From: an uncultured delta proteobacterium
Lineage (GTDB): Bacteria; Desulfobacterota; RBG-13-43-22
Assembly: GCA_963790475.1 (NCBI GenBank)
Contig: CAWBOS010000010.1
Span: 1,056,001 to 1,120,000 of the forward strand
Direction: 5' to 3'
Length of the DNA: 64,000 nt
Position 1 is the stretch's first letter, and every line of letters begins with the position of its first letter. The notes beneath the pieces were generated by a model. That model ran no database searches, was not told where the DNA came from, and saw nothing but the letters and a program-made list of their open reading frames with translations. The translations under genes were made by a program, and so were the position numbers. Below are positions 1 to 10,025 of the stretch, piece by piece.

Positions 1-2
1 CT

Positions 3-2180
3 GTCCTTGTTTATGCGGCCTCCAACCCCACCTTTATAAATTGCCAGTTCCTTAATAATCAATCTGACCGATTTGGCGGGGCCGTCCTGGTTAACGGCCC
101 ACAGGCACAGGCGTCATTCAAACAATGTCTTTTTGAAAATAACACTGCCAATGGATCCAACATTTCCCAAGGAGGCGCCCTTACATTTTTGTCTGCCGGA
201 GGGACCGTCCTTTCCTGTATCTTTCGCCGAAATTCGGCCAACTATGTCGGCGGAGCAGTAAGGATTATAGAACAAATTTATTCTAATCCTTCTAACCGGG
301 TTACTTTATCCGACTGTCAGTTTATGGATAATTTCTGTCTACCCGGAAGTTCCCCTCCTCCTACTCCGACAGAAGGCGGAGCCATTCATGTCGAGGCTAA
401 TGTAACTGTTGATATTCGAAAATGCTATTTTTCAAACAATTATGCGATGTTTGGTGGGGCGGTTCATAATTATCGGGCACAGTTAAGCATCTCCGATTCG
501 GTTTTCGATAATAACCGCGCCGTAGGGATCAATCACGAGGGAGGTGGAGGGGCCATAGCGGTCAATTCTTACTCGCCATCCCCCACAAACACATTGGATG
601 CTACATTAACAGTAAAGAATTCCATGATTCGAAACTGCCTAGCCCCCGCTGGAGGAGGGATCTTCTTTCAAGGCGATTGGGGGCAAAATCTGACCAATAG
701 CCGTCGTGGTCAGATCACTTTGACCAATGTGGTTATTGATAATTGTGTGGCTACCAAGGCTAATAACAGCATCGGAATTGGTGGTGCCTTGGGTTTGGCT
801 TTCGCTAATTTAATAGGTAATGGTATCTACCTTTTAAATAATACAGCCGCCCAAGGAGGGGCTATATATGCCTACCAAAACACCTTAATTAATCTGACTA
901 ACTCGTACATCATTGGAAATAGTGCCCCAACAGGGGCCTCTCTCTTGGTAGCAGATCCCTCTACATCCCCTCCCCCCTTATTAACCAATACGATTAAGGC
1001 CTATAATCAAGGGGATGACACGGCCAATTTAGCCATTTTAATGGCGGTTCCAACCATCCCCATTAATGGTGAAGCCTGGCTCGCTTATATTATAGCTCCT
1101 TATGCTGGAGGCCCTTCCATTTCTCCCAATATCGGGGTCTTGGCGCCTAATACTGGAGGCTACGCCGCTGGGACCAAATTCGATCCTATTACTTCTAATA
1201 CCACCTATCAGTTGACTTCCAATCAACCCACTCAACATGTTCAAATAAATGTCGCTCTAACCCCCACAAATGGTTTGGCTGCAAACGATTTCAACGGGGA
1301 TAAAAGATCCGATATTCTCTGGCGTAATGCCGTTTCAGGCCAGATCTATATCTGGTTGATGGAGGAAACTTCCATTTCTTCCCAATCATCCCCGGCTACA
1401 GTAAGCGATTTGAATTGGGAGATCAAGGATGTTGGCGATTTTAATGGGGACAGCAAAGCCGACATCCTCTTTCGCCATGCCGTCACTGGCCAAATCTATA
1501 TCTGGCTGATGAACGGCACTTCTATCTCCTCCCAGGCCTCCCCGGCTACCGTTAGTGACTTAAATTGGCAAATTATCGGAGTTGGCGATTTCAATGGCGA
1601 CGGTAAGGCCGATATCTTATGGCGTCATGCCGTCACTGGCCAAATCTATATCTGGCTGATGAACGGCACTTCTATCTCCTCCCAGGCCTCCCCGGCTACC
1701 GTTAGTGACTTAAATTGGCAAATTATCGGAGTTGGCGATTTCAATGGCGACGGTAAGGCCGATATCTTATGGCGTCATGCCGTCACTGGCCAACTTTATA
1801 CCTGGCTGATGAACGGAACCTCCATCTCCTCCCAGGCCTCCCCAGGTGCGGTGGGTGATCTGAATTGGCAGATTGAAGGCATAGGTGATTTTGATGGGGA
1901 CGGTAAGGCCGACATCCTCTGGCGTCATGCCTCCTCGGGACAGCTTTATATCTGGCTGATGAATGGAACTTTTGTTCTTTTCTCAGATTCCCCTGGATTT
2001 GTCAGTGACCCAAATTGGGTTATTAGAAGTATCGGGGATTTCGATGGGGATGGCAAGGCAGACATCCTCTTATATCATGTTATGTCGGGACAAATCAGTC
2101 TGTGGCAGATGGATGGGACCTCAAGAATTTTTCCCGCCCCGGCTGGAATCGTGAGTGATTTGAATTGGAAAATAAAATAA
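3..2180 (+). CDS. Secreted beta-helix (GGAI/FxxN polymorphic-repeat, pectin-lyase-like) protein with C-terminal 6x FG-GAP/VCBS repeats; 5'-truncated by window edge
   Basis: The frame is open from position 3 (VLVYAASNPTFINCQFLNNQSDRFGGAV...). There are repeated FxNN...GGA[IV] motifs, then six DF[ND]GD..[AS]DIL[WFL] repeats of about 50 aa. Confidence 0.85.
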   Translation, partial: VLVYAASNPTFINCQFLNNQSDRFGGAVLVNGPQAQASFKQCLFENNTANGSNISQGGALTFLSAGGTVLSCIFRRNSANYVGGAVRIIEQIYSNPSNRVTLSDCQFMDNFCLPGSSPPPTPTEGGAIHVEANVTVDIRKCYFSNNYAMFGGAVHNYRAQLSISDSVFDNNRAVGINHEGGGGAIAVNSYSPSPTNTLDATLTVKNSMIRNCLAPAGGGIFFQGDWGQNLTNSRRGQITLTNVVIDNCVATKANNSIGIGGALGLAFANLIGNGIYLLNNTAAQGGAIYAYQNTLINLTNSYIIGNSAPTGASLLVADPSTSPPPLLTNTIKAYNQGDDTANLAILMAVPTIPINGEAWLAYIIAPYAGGPSISPNIGVLAPNTGGYAAGTKFDPITSNTTYQLTSNQPTQHVQINVALTPTNGLAANDFNGDKRSDILWRNAVSGQIYIWLMEETSISSQSSPATVSDLNWEIKDVGDFNGDSKADILFRHAVTGQIYIWLMNGTSISSQASPATVSDLNWQIIGVGDFNGDGKADILWRHAVTGQIYIWLMNGTSISSQASPATVSDLNWQIIGVGDFNGDGKADILWRHAVTGQLYTWLMNGTSISSQASPGAVGDLNWQIEGIGDFDGDGKADILWRHASSGQLYIWLMNGTFVLFSDSPGFVSDPNWVIRSIGDFDGDGKADILLYHVMSGQISLWQMDGTSRIFPAPAGIVSDLNWKIK
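1476..1793 (+). repeat. Exact 150-bp tandem duplication within the FG-GAP coding region (about 2.1 copies)
   Basis: catgccgtcactggccaa... recurs at 1476, 1626 and 1776 with identical intervening sequence. Confidence 0.9.
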
Positions 2181-2469
2181 ACAGAAATTTCTGGGGCCGT
2201 TCCTGTTGAGTAGAGACCCCTTTGTTCTCAACACAAACGGGGCTACAATCGATTCCATGTCGCCCCGGTGTTGAGATCCAGGCCATAGAGCATTTGGCGG
2301 CATCTTACAGAATGCACTTTTATAGGATTCACTCGATTCGATTTTAAACGGGTTAGGTGGAAAAATCATTAGAATGTCCAGATTCGGGAATATCTGATGT
2401 AGGGGGAATAGACCATCTTTTCAGACCCGGCAGAAATCGTCAGTGATTTGAATTGGGGATCAAATAAAT

Positions 2470-3579
2470 TTATCGTTGATCTTGCCAGAATTCTATATCT
2501 TTTTCTCCAAACCAGTTCATACTATATAGTTCATGCTTAATAAGATCATACCCCTTTGCATCCGGCCTAAATCTTTCTGACGGTGCTCCAGGTGGTCCGC
2601 TTGTAATTTGCCAATTTAGATGATCAATACCGATTTGTTCACCTAGTGATCGCGCCATCTGCATTTCTCGATCAGAATCATTCCATTTAAAAAGAATGTA
2701 TTTCCAAAGAAGGGAAGGTGCTTTTAATCCCTGCTTTTTTCTTATCTCAACGAACTTTTTCATATTGGATAATGCGAGATCAAAGTTTCCTCCAACCCTA
2801 TACCGTAAATAGGTTTCCGATGATCCACCATCCACTGAGAACACGATCTCATCAATTCCACTTTTATAAAGGGATTCTATCTTTAAAGTTGAATACTTAA
2901 TAGTGCCGTTGGTATGCAAGGTGATGAATGCCTTAGGGTTTATCAATCGGGCGTAAGCTATCATTTGACTAAGATTCTTATTCAATAACGGTTCCCCATA
3001 GTAGAAGAACATGATCACTTCCAATTTGTTGAATCCAATATTTTTAATGGTCTTTTGAATAGATTCAAAATCTAAGTAAAGCTTTCTCCTTCTTGATCTA
3101 AGAAACCCGGTTCCACAACCACCTTCATTCTTGCAGCTCAAATTACACATAACAGTTGGCTCAATAAAAAGAATCTTGGGAGGTATTCTCGAAACAGGAT
3201 TCCTGGAAGGCTTTTCATTGGTGTTGAGAAAATAAGCAGCAGGGCATTTTCGGCAAAAGTTATTGCCGCCTTTCACTAGAGAATCTCTCAATTCAAAATA
3301 GGCCGAATTATTCCAGATCTTCATGAAAGATTGATCATTAATATTGCCTAGAATTTTCTGGCCGTGAGGATCAAAACAGTGGCAAACCACTGATCCGTCA
3401 CATAATATAGCTGCTGTATCCCATGCTCTATTACACCAGATACGGACTCCTTCTGAAAATTCAAAAAGGGGGGGCTGGGTTGAATAGCGCCTCTTAACGC
3501 TTTGGGGAATAAATCGCAAAAGTTTTTGAACTAAAACGTACCTCCCGCTAAGCTGAACAATTCGCTTTTGAAGATTCAT
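2470..3579 (-). CDS. Radical SAM protein with N-terminal SPASM/Twitch-like domain
   Basis: N-terminal CNRAW...DGSVVCHC...LGNI...IWN...C..C, then EPTVMCNLSC(x5)C, YGEPLLN, TNG and FSVDG radical-SAM motifs. Confidence 0.8.
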   Translation of the reverse strand: MNLQKRIVQLSGRYVLVQKLLRFIPQSVKRRYSTQPPLFEFSEGVRIWCNRAWDTAAILCDGSVVCHCFDPHGQKILGNINDQSFMKIWNNSAYFELRDSLVKGGNNFCRKCPAAYFLNTNEKPSRNPVSRIPPKILFIEPTVMCNLSCKNEGGCGTGFLRSRRRKLYLDFESIQKTIKNIGFNKLEVIMFFYYGEPLLNKNLSQMIAYARLINPKAFITLHTNGTIKYSTLKIESLYKSGIDEIVFSVDGGSSETYLRYRVGGNFDLALSNMKKFVEIRKKQGLKAPSLLWKYILFKWNDSDREMQMARSLGEQIGIDHLNWQITSGPPGAPSERFRPDAKGYDLIKHELYSMNWFGEKDIEFWQDQR

Positions 3580-3770
3580 ATTCTTCTTATCATGAGTCCT
3601 TTCCTTAAATCATTTACTATCAAGGGTCCGTCATAAGCCAGGATGGCCTCCTTTATAATGCAACCCATCTAATAGAGAGACTTAAAGGAAGGGCCCGTGA
3701 TAAAAAATACTATTTCTTTTACCATTTTCGGAAATCGGTTCCTCCTCAATTTATTTCTTATTGAATTAAG

Positions 3771-3799
3771 AATTTAATCAGAAAAAATTACTTTGTCAA
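3771..3799 (-). promoter_or_regulatory. Candidate sigma-70 promoter of the radical SAM gene
   Basis: Minus strand TTGACA-N17-TAAATT. Confidence 0.45.
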
Positions 3800-3830
3800 T
3801 AACAACTCTATGATAAAAAATTATAAGTAG

Positions 3831-4883
3831 TCACCATTGTTTAAAAAAATACCGCTTTGGCTGCTTTTTCGGGGGAAAGCAGATAACCTGCAGGACGGCA
3901 TCGGGAAACCAAGTGAGAAGATCCTTAACGATGGAAAATTCTTCTCTGTTTTTCGAAACGATTTGATAACGATATCCGAAACATTCCAACAGAGGGAAAG
4001 TTCTCTCGGCAGCTCCTCTGCCATGGGCTTCCAATATGATCACCGGCGGGCAGCCTGATAGGGTCTTTTCCATACCCTTAACGGCCAAATCCTCCGCCCC
4101 TTCAATATCGATCTTGATGAGGTCCGGTTTTCGGAGATTATAAGCTTCGATCAATTCATCAAGGCCGTGGGTTTGAACCTCGATTTCCTGCCCGATCTTA
4201 GAGTTATAAAAGATGGAGTTCTGGGTTATGCCCAGGTTCGAATTCCCGTAATTTATGATGAATGGGGTTTTATTATGACTGTCCAACAGAGCAGTCGGGA
4301 AAATCTCGCAATTAAAAGCTTCATTCGCCTCAAGGTTGGCCCGTAAAAAATAAACACAGATGGGATTGGCTTCAAGACAGTATACATGGCCCTGATGCCC
4401 GGCCAAGCGAGAGAAATGAATGGAATAGAGGCCCAAACTGGCCCCGATATCGTAAATTATCCAACCAGCCTTAATGATTTGAGGCAGAAGGTCTATGGTA
4501 GATTTGTCATGACCACTCTTTACTATACCGACCTCCCATTCGGTCGGCACCCAAAGGCGCGTCTTACCCTCCAAATTTATTAATTGGGGGGAATGGTTCA
4601 TTCGGACATCCAGGCCGACGTCAAATGATTGCTCAACCCAGCCACTCGAACCATCAGGGCCGCGCCATTCCAAGATCAAAGTATATTTTCCGGGTGTTTC
4701 AGGGCTGAACCGGATTAACTCTCCGGAATTCCAATCGAACAAAGGTTTGAGATAGGAAATATTCTGATCTTTTATAAAAGAACGGGTTTCAATAATTAAA
4801 TCTTGCTTCAGGATTTGGAATTCACAGGGATCACCCAGCCGCACAATCCCCTCAGATTTAAATCTCGGAATAATTTTTATCAC
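3831..4883 (-). CDS. FkbM-family methyltransferase with N-terminal Ig-like extension
   Basis: YDIGASLGLYS, LEANP and PDLIKIDIEGAE motifs. Confidence 0.85.
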   Translation of the reverse strand: MIKIIPRFKSEGIVRLGDPCEFQILKQDLIIETRSFIKDQNISYLKPLFDWNSGELIRFSPETPGKYTLILEWRGPDGSSGWVEQSFDVGLDVRMNHSPQLINLEGKTRLWVPTEWEVGIVKSGHDKSTIDLLPQIIKAGWIIYDIGASLGLYSIHFSRLAGHQGHVYCLEANPICVYFLRANLEANEAFNCEIFPTALLDSHNKTPFIINYGNSNLGITQNSIFYNSKIGQEIEVQTHGLDELIEAYNLRKPDLIKIDIEGAEDLAVKGMEKTLSGCPPVIILEAHGRGAAERTFPLLECFGYRYQIVSKNREEFSIVKDLLTWFPDAVLQVICFPPKKQPKRYFFKQW

Positions 4884-4893
4884 TTAAAAATCC

Positions 4894-5862
4894 TTATTCT
4901 ATAATATATCTCATCATTTCTTCTCTTATATTCTTATCTAATAAGATCTCTTCCGGATTATTAATACCTTCTTTTTTTCCGGCATCAATAATTAACCTCA
5001 TAATCCAAAATATTTTATCATTCCCTTGGAAATTTATCGATTCATATAATGATTTCATATCCGCAATAATAGTATCACGATTTCCACTGGTTAATATTTC
5101 GTTTCCTAAGAATTTATCGATATTTGCAGCGATAACCCAGCATATTTCATATAACATCCACTTCCTGTTCGTGTTTATCGTGTTTGACTTGTGAATTCTA
5201 TATCTAAGAAGGGGCTCTTCCAATAAGTCACATTTTCCTTTTAAACATGTCCTAAGTAAAAAATCCCAATCATGGGTATATCGTAAGTTTCTCATATATC
5301 CCACTTGAGAAAGGATTCCTTTTCTTACAAAAACATTACTCGTAGAAGCCACAAAATTTGACATTAATAAATTAAGATTGAAATTTTTGGTATTGGCATA
5401 ACTCTTATCAACATTTTTAATCGGCCAGGGGAGAAGGTTTTTCCACCCTTCTTTTATGTCTAACCTTTTACCTCGTTCATCTATAACTTCGATATGGGTG
5501 GCAGCCAATTCCAGTTTTTCATACCTGTCAAAAAATTGTAGCAGCTTCTCTATTCTTTCTATATGATAGGCATCGTCGGAATTGAGAATACCTATGTATT
5601 CACCCTTTGCGAGCTCAAATCCTTTATTGATTGCATTAGGTGCCCCCATATTTTTTTGCACTATTAGTCTTAATCTTCGGTCCTTTATCTTTTGAAGTAT
5701 ATTTATAGAATTATCTTCTGACCCATCATCAATTACAATTAATTCTATATTTTCATATGTTTGAGATAGCACACTATTAACTGCTTCAGCAATATACTTC
5801 TCATGGTTATAGGAAGGAATGATTATTGTAACCAAAGGAAAGTTATTCTTGCTTTGATTCAT
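4894..5862 (-). CDS. Glycosyltransferase family 2
   Basis: IIIPSYNH, IDDGSED, LNSDD and HDWDF motifs; AT-rich. Confidence 0.9.
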   Translation of the reverse strand: MNQSKNNFPLVTIIIPSYNHEKYIAEAVNSVLSQTYENIELIVIDDGSEDNSINILQKIKDRRLRLIVQKNMGAPNAINKGFELAKGEYIGILNSDDAYHIERIEKLLQFFDRYEKLELAATHIEVIDERGKRLDIKEGWKNLLPWPIKNVDKSYANTKNFNLNLLMSNFVASTSNVFVRKGILSQVGYMRNLRYTHDWDFLLRTCLKGKCDLLEEPLLRYRIHKSNTINTNRKWMLYEICWVIAANIDKFLGNEILTSGNRDTIIADMKSLYESINFQGNDKIFWIMRLIIDAGKKEGINNPEEILLDKNIREEMMRYIIE

Positions 5863-5899
5863 TTCTTTAAGTTTTTTTCAGTTTTTTATAAAAATTATC

Positions 5900-7753
5900 T
5901 CATGAGAGATCTTGAATTTCACGCTTCTTTTCTTTCATGGCTTTTTCCCACGCATCTTTATATTTCTCGGCGATTCTTTGCGATGAAAAAAAATGTCGTA
6001 TTTCATCAGCAGATTTTTCAGCGTTATTTCGGTAATAATATAATCTTTCATTAAAATCTTTAAAGCTCTCAATTAAAACTGGTATATTTGCAATCTCGTT
6101 TATAATCATCCCAGATTTATACTTTTCTATTACCAGCTCAATGTCTCCTACGTCAGTAGAAAGTATCGGGACCGCCATGGATAAGGCTTCAAGCATTACA
6201 ATAGGCAATCCTTCATACCCTGAAGAAATAATTAACCCCGAAGCAATATAATATATCTCTGACGGATCTTCTACATACGGAAAATAAGATAAATTTTTCA
6301 TATTATTCTTAGAAATATATTCTTTCACATCCTGACTTAATTCTCCTTGTCCGATCATTAAAAAATGAGAATTTTCTCTTTCGTTATTACAGTTTTTAAC
6401 AAGTTCTAAAAAATCAAAAGGTCTTTTTTGTTCGCATAGTCTCCCTATAAAAACAAATATTCGCTTATTCTCGGGAAGATTATATTTTTTTAAAATTATA
6501 GCTCTGGATTCAGGTTTGAATAATTGCCTGTCAAATTTTTGTTCATCTATTGCATGATATATCAAATCTATTTTGTTCTTATCCATATTGTATTTACTAA
6601 GGAAACAATCATATATTTTGGAGTTAATGGCTATGAACCTGTCGAACGATCGAATTCCGGGCCCATCATAACCATTAATCCAACCTTCTTCTATATCGTA
6701 GACCTCTTGGTCCACTATCGGAATATCTTTAAATAGCTCCCTAATCTTTAAGGCGTTATCGAACAACCATAGAGAACCATTACAAATCCAAATCATATCC
6801 GGACTATAAGCATCTTTTATTTGTTTTAGTATCGACAAATAGTTTTTAGATTCAGTAAGTTCTGAAAGATCATAAATTCCGGCACATTTATCTATAGCCA
6901 GGTGATGTAGAGTACCGGTTTTTTCATTTAATTTTTCAAAATTTACAATAAGAAAATCGTACTGATATTTCAATGCTTTCATTATTTCTATGGTGTTTTT
7001 TTCAACTCCACCAACGGCCAAAAAAATTGGGAAAACAAGTATGATTTTTCTTATTTTGTTAAAAGAATAAAATATCCTATTGTTTTTGGCAGTCAAATAA
7101 TCTTTCTTTTTCTTTGAAAAAATACCAACGGAGATAATGTTCACATTAGAATCATAGGCAATCTTGGAAGAAAAAATATTTCCAATATTGATGTCTCTAA
7201 CTTCATTATGACCTGGTAATAGCCGTATTATTTTCCCCGTACCTTTCAATTTTGAAAATTTTTTTTTTATTTTCGCGTTTTTTAAAAAAATATAATCCTC
7301 AATTCTACCAAGACCGATAAAGGGCAGATCCTTCAAAGATCTTGAGATGATAAAAAAATCATAATCAAAATTATGGGTTAATAATAATATATTTCTAAAA
7401 TCATTATTGGTTAATATTAATTGATCATTGGTTGGCTCGTAGACATATTCCACCGGAAGATTTTCTATTCGATTAGAAACATTAGGGTGCTTGGAATTCG
7501 GGTTGTATAGTCTATAATGTCCTTTTTCCCGAATTATAAGACATATTCTTTGAGCAAATTCTTTGAAAATTGGTTCATAATTGGAGATATTTTTTATTTC
7601 ATTGATACATATGCCTATATCAAAAAAATAATTTATTTCATTTTTTCTTATATTCGATCTGAGTTTACTTAAATTATAATTAAAAAAAACACAGTTAAAT
7701 ATTTTACCTATGTTTTTTTTTAACAAATACTTATGAGATTTATATACACTCAA
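5900..7753 (-). CDS. Glycosyltransferase family 4 with N-terminal extension
   Basis: GGVEK, FIGRLCEQK and EGLPIVMLEALS..TDVG motifs; very AT-rich. Confidence 0.88.
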   Translation of the reverse strand: MSVYKSHKYLLKKNIGKIFNCVFFNYNLSKLRSNIRKNEINYFFDIGICINEIKNISNYEPIFKEFAQRICLIIREKGHYRLYNPNSKHPNVSNRIENLPVEYVYEPTNDQLILTNNDFRNILLLTHNFDYDFFIISRSLKDLPFIGLGRIEDYIFLKNAKIKKKFSKLKGTGKIIRLLPGHNEVRDINIGNIFSSKIAYDSNVNIISVGIFSKKKKDYLTAKNNRIFYSFNKIRKIILVFPIFLAVGGVEKNTIEIMKALKYQYDFLIVNFEKLNEKTGTLHHLAIDKCAGIYDLSELTESKNYLSILKQIKDAYSPDMIWICNGSLWLFDNALKIRELFKDIPIVDQEVYDIEEGWINGYDGPGIRSFDRFIAINSKIYDCFLSKYNMDKNKIDLIYHAIDEQKFDRQLFKPESRAIILKKYNLPENKRIFVFIGRLCEQKRPFDFLELVKNCNNERENSHFLMIGQGELSQDVKEYISKNNMKNLSYFPYVEDPSEIYYIASGLIISSGYEGLPIVMLEALSMAVPILSTDVGDIELVIEKYKSGMIINEIANIPVLIESFKDFNERLYYYRNNAEKSADEIRHFFSSQRIAEKYKDAWEKAMKEKKREIQDLS

Positions 7754-7768
7754 ATTATTTATTCCTTC

Positions 7769-8010
7769 GAATGGTTTCGAAAAATCAGAATAGCCCTCGC
7801 CCCTTCGAAAGCAGGAGTCCAGAAATTAATTGATCGCAACAGATCTTTGGCGGGCTGGATCCTCGCTTTCGTTGTAAGGAATGACGAAAATGGGCTTTTG
7901 ATAACTTTTTATGGATCTATCATACATAAAAGATATCAAAATAGAATAGACAAAAAAACACTGGATTTCCTCGTAGCAAGTACGGGGCAGGCTTGGTGAA
8001 GCCCGTAATT
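7769..8010. repeat. Degenerate REP/MITE-like palindromic elements (GTCATTCC...GGAATGAC family), one full and one half copy
   Basis: cgaaagcaggagtccag...ctggatcctcgctttcg...ggaatgacg, followed by ctggatttcctcgtagcaagtacggggcaggc. Same family as the copies at 30236, 51848, 52965 and 53431. Confidence 0.6.
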
Positions 8011-8175
8011 ATGGAGGGGGATTTCTCCAAAGCAGTCATTAATCCTTCTCCCGATATCTTCATCCGGAGATGAAAGCCAGGGTCCACCGCCCCTCCTTTG
8101 GGGCCTTCAGGGAGGAGATTTTGTCAGTTTGCTTTGTGGGTTCTTACTGTAGATCTGGCGACCTAACATTTATGT

Positions 8176-8664
8176 CTATTCTACTTTGACCTTAAGTTGG
8201 GTCGTTTTAGAACCCTTTTCCTTAAACCAGGCTACCTCCTCTTGGACCATGTCAAACTCAAGGATATAATTTCCTGGCTTATCAGGCGCCGCAACTTTTG
8301 CATCTGCTTCAATCTCTTTATTGGGCATTATAGGATTAGCAAAATCTGTTCTGAGCCCACTATCTACGATCATTTTTCCTTCACTGCTCAGCCAATGATA
8401 GGACAATCTAACTGAGTATTGTCCAGGAGCCGGCCAAGTGACCTCACTGATATTTTTTACGATCGTTTTTATTACAGTAGTCGAAGAGGCCTTTAAGGAT
8501 GCTGGTGGATCTTTTACAATTATTTCTGCCTTATAACCATTCTCCGGCAAAGGTTTATTTGCAACCGGTGGGGCTTCTTTTTTTTCGCAGCCTACCCCTC
8601 CCATAAAAAAACTTATGGACATGGTCACAATCAAAAACAAACGAATAAAGTTTACTTTTCTCAT
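8176..8664 (-). CDS. Lipoprotein with a single Ig-like (NBR1-like/Wzt-C-like) beta-sandwich domain
   Basis: Signal peptide with GVGC lipobox; VKN..EVTWP, VRLSYHW and APDKPGNYILEFDMVQE..WF motifs. Confidence 0.7.
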   Translation of the reverse strand: MRKVNFIRLFLIVTMSISFFMGGVGCEKKEAPPVANKPLPENGYKAEIIVKDPPASLKASSTTVIKTIVKNISEVTWPAPGQYSVRLSYHWLSSEGKMIVDSGLRTDFANPIMPNKEIEADAKVAAPDKPGNYILEFDMVQEEVAWFKEKGSKTTQLKVKVE

Positions 8665-8712
8665 CTATTGATCCTCCTTAGCTTCATTTTATTTTACCAA
8701 TAAGACAAGGGA

Positions 8713-8741
8713 AATATAGGGGAAAGAAACTTCATTGTCAA
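8713..8741 (-). promoter_or_regulatory. Candidate sigma-70 promoter of the lipoprotein gene
   Basis: Minus strand TTGACA-N17-TATATT; an AGGAGG RBS precedes the ATG. Confidence 0.55.
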
Positions 8742-8894
8742 TAAAAAACGTTTCTGAAATCAACAGCCTGCTCGTCACTGTCCCCTTTTCATCAGAAGAG
8801 ACTTTCTTTCTCCTTGCTTTCCGCCCTATTTTTCTCCTTGACATTCTCCACTATTTTATTTTGTCGATTAAAAGACAAGTTCCTCAACTGGCCA

Positions 8895-9725
8895 TCACAG
8901 ATGATTCTTGAGCACGAAGACTTCGCATAAATCCGGGCACCCCAGACCCCGGCGGCGCATCAGTTGAGGCCCAAACTCCGCAAAAGGCACTTTCCCTTGA
9001 CGGATAAAATCGTATTTCTGGGGATGAATCTCTGGAGAGGTAATCTCGAAATTTAGCTGACCGACGATTATTTTCACCTCCGTGAAAACTTTTTCCAGTT
9101 CTTCGGCCAGATCGAAACCAAAACGGTGATAAACCCGGGTATTATCGCCATGGAATTCGTCCCAGGTAATATTAGTATATCGACTCTCCAAGACCGGCAC
9201 CTGCAGCAAAACCAGCCCACCGGGCTTGATCAGTTTGGCTAAATGAACAATGGCCGTACGGTAATCGAAAACGTGCTCAAGCACATGAGCACAGATAACG
9301 ACATCGAAGGATCCAGCTATCGGCTCAATATCAGTCGGCCTGGTTAAATCAACCTTTATATCGCCCTGGTGAGCGGACAGATCAAAATCAGAAGCCAGAT
9401 ATTCAGCGAAGGTTGAACGGTAAATCCGCCGCCGGTAACTGTAGTTGCGGGGTGAAAACTCCAGCAGTCGAAGCCCGGCCAAATGAGGATTGCGGGTAAC
9501 AATAGCCTCCGGCCTGTCCAGTTCGTGCAATAATGCTTGATAAACGGTTCGCTCTCTGGCCACCGCCCCACAGCCGGGGCAGCCGAGAAATTCCGAGTGA
9601 TCGGGGGTCAGGCGCAAAAAATCTCGGCCGCAGAAATTACAGTTAATCATCTGTTCCTGGTTGAAATTCCCAAACAAACGTACGAAGTTTTTGAATTTGG
9701 TCACACTCTCGATTAGAGACTTCAT
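8895..9725 (-). CDS. Class I SAM-dependent methyltransferase with N-terminal Zn ribbon
   Basis: CNFCG...CPGCG..RER, FDVVICAHVLEHV and LIKPGG motifs. Confidence 0.8.
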   Translation of the reverse strand: MKSLIESVTKFKNFVRLFGNFNQEQMINCNFCGRDFLRLTPDHSEFLGCPGCGAVARERTVYQALLHELDRPEAIVTRNPHLAGLRLLEFSPRNYSYRRRIYRSTFAEYLASDFDLSAHQGDIKVDLTRPTDIEPIAGSFDVVICAHVLEHVFDYRTAIVHLAKLIKPGGLVLLQVPVLESRYTNITWDEFHGDNTRVYHRFGFDLAEELEKVFTEVKIIVGQLNFEITSPEIHPQKYDFIRQGKVPFAEFGPQLMRRRGLGCPDLCEVFVLKNHL

Positions 9726-9938
9726 AATTATTTTACCTGAGTTTGATAGAGTCGTTACCGGAGGTCGCTCTCGCCGTCAAAACCGTCATCCCCTCCCCTG
9801 TGGACATTTATAATAATGTTTCTCAGGGGTTTCGTCAAAAAAAAAGGGAACTCCAGCTTTTTTTTGAAGAAATCCACGAACTGGATTTTGGAGGTTCAAA
9901 GGTTTACAGTACCATTTCTTTCTGCCCGATCTTTCGCC

Positions 9939-9967
9939 TTGACCATCTTTTCCCCTTATCTTATATT
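9939..9967 (+). promoter_or_regulatory. Candidate sigma-70 promoter
   Basis: TTGACC-N17-TATATT upstream of the 10026 gene. Confidence 0.45.
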
Positions 9968-10025
9968 ATCTCCATCTTAAACCAACTTCGTATCTCATTC
10001 ATAGGAGGCCAAAAGGAAAGGATCG

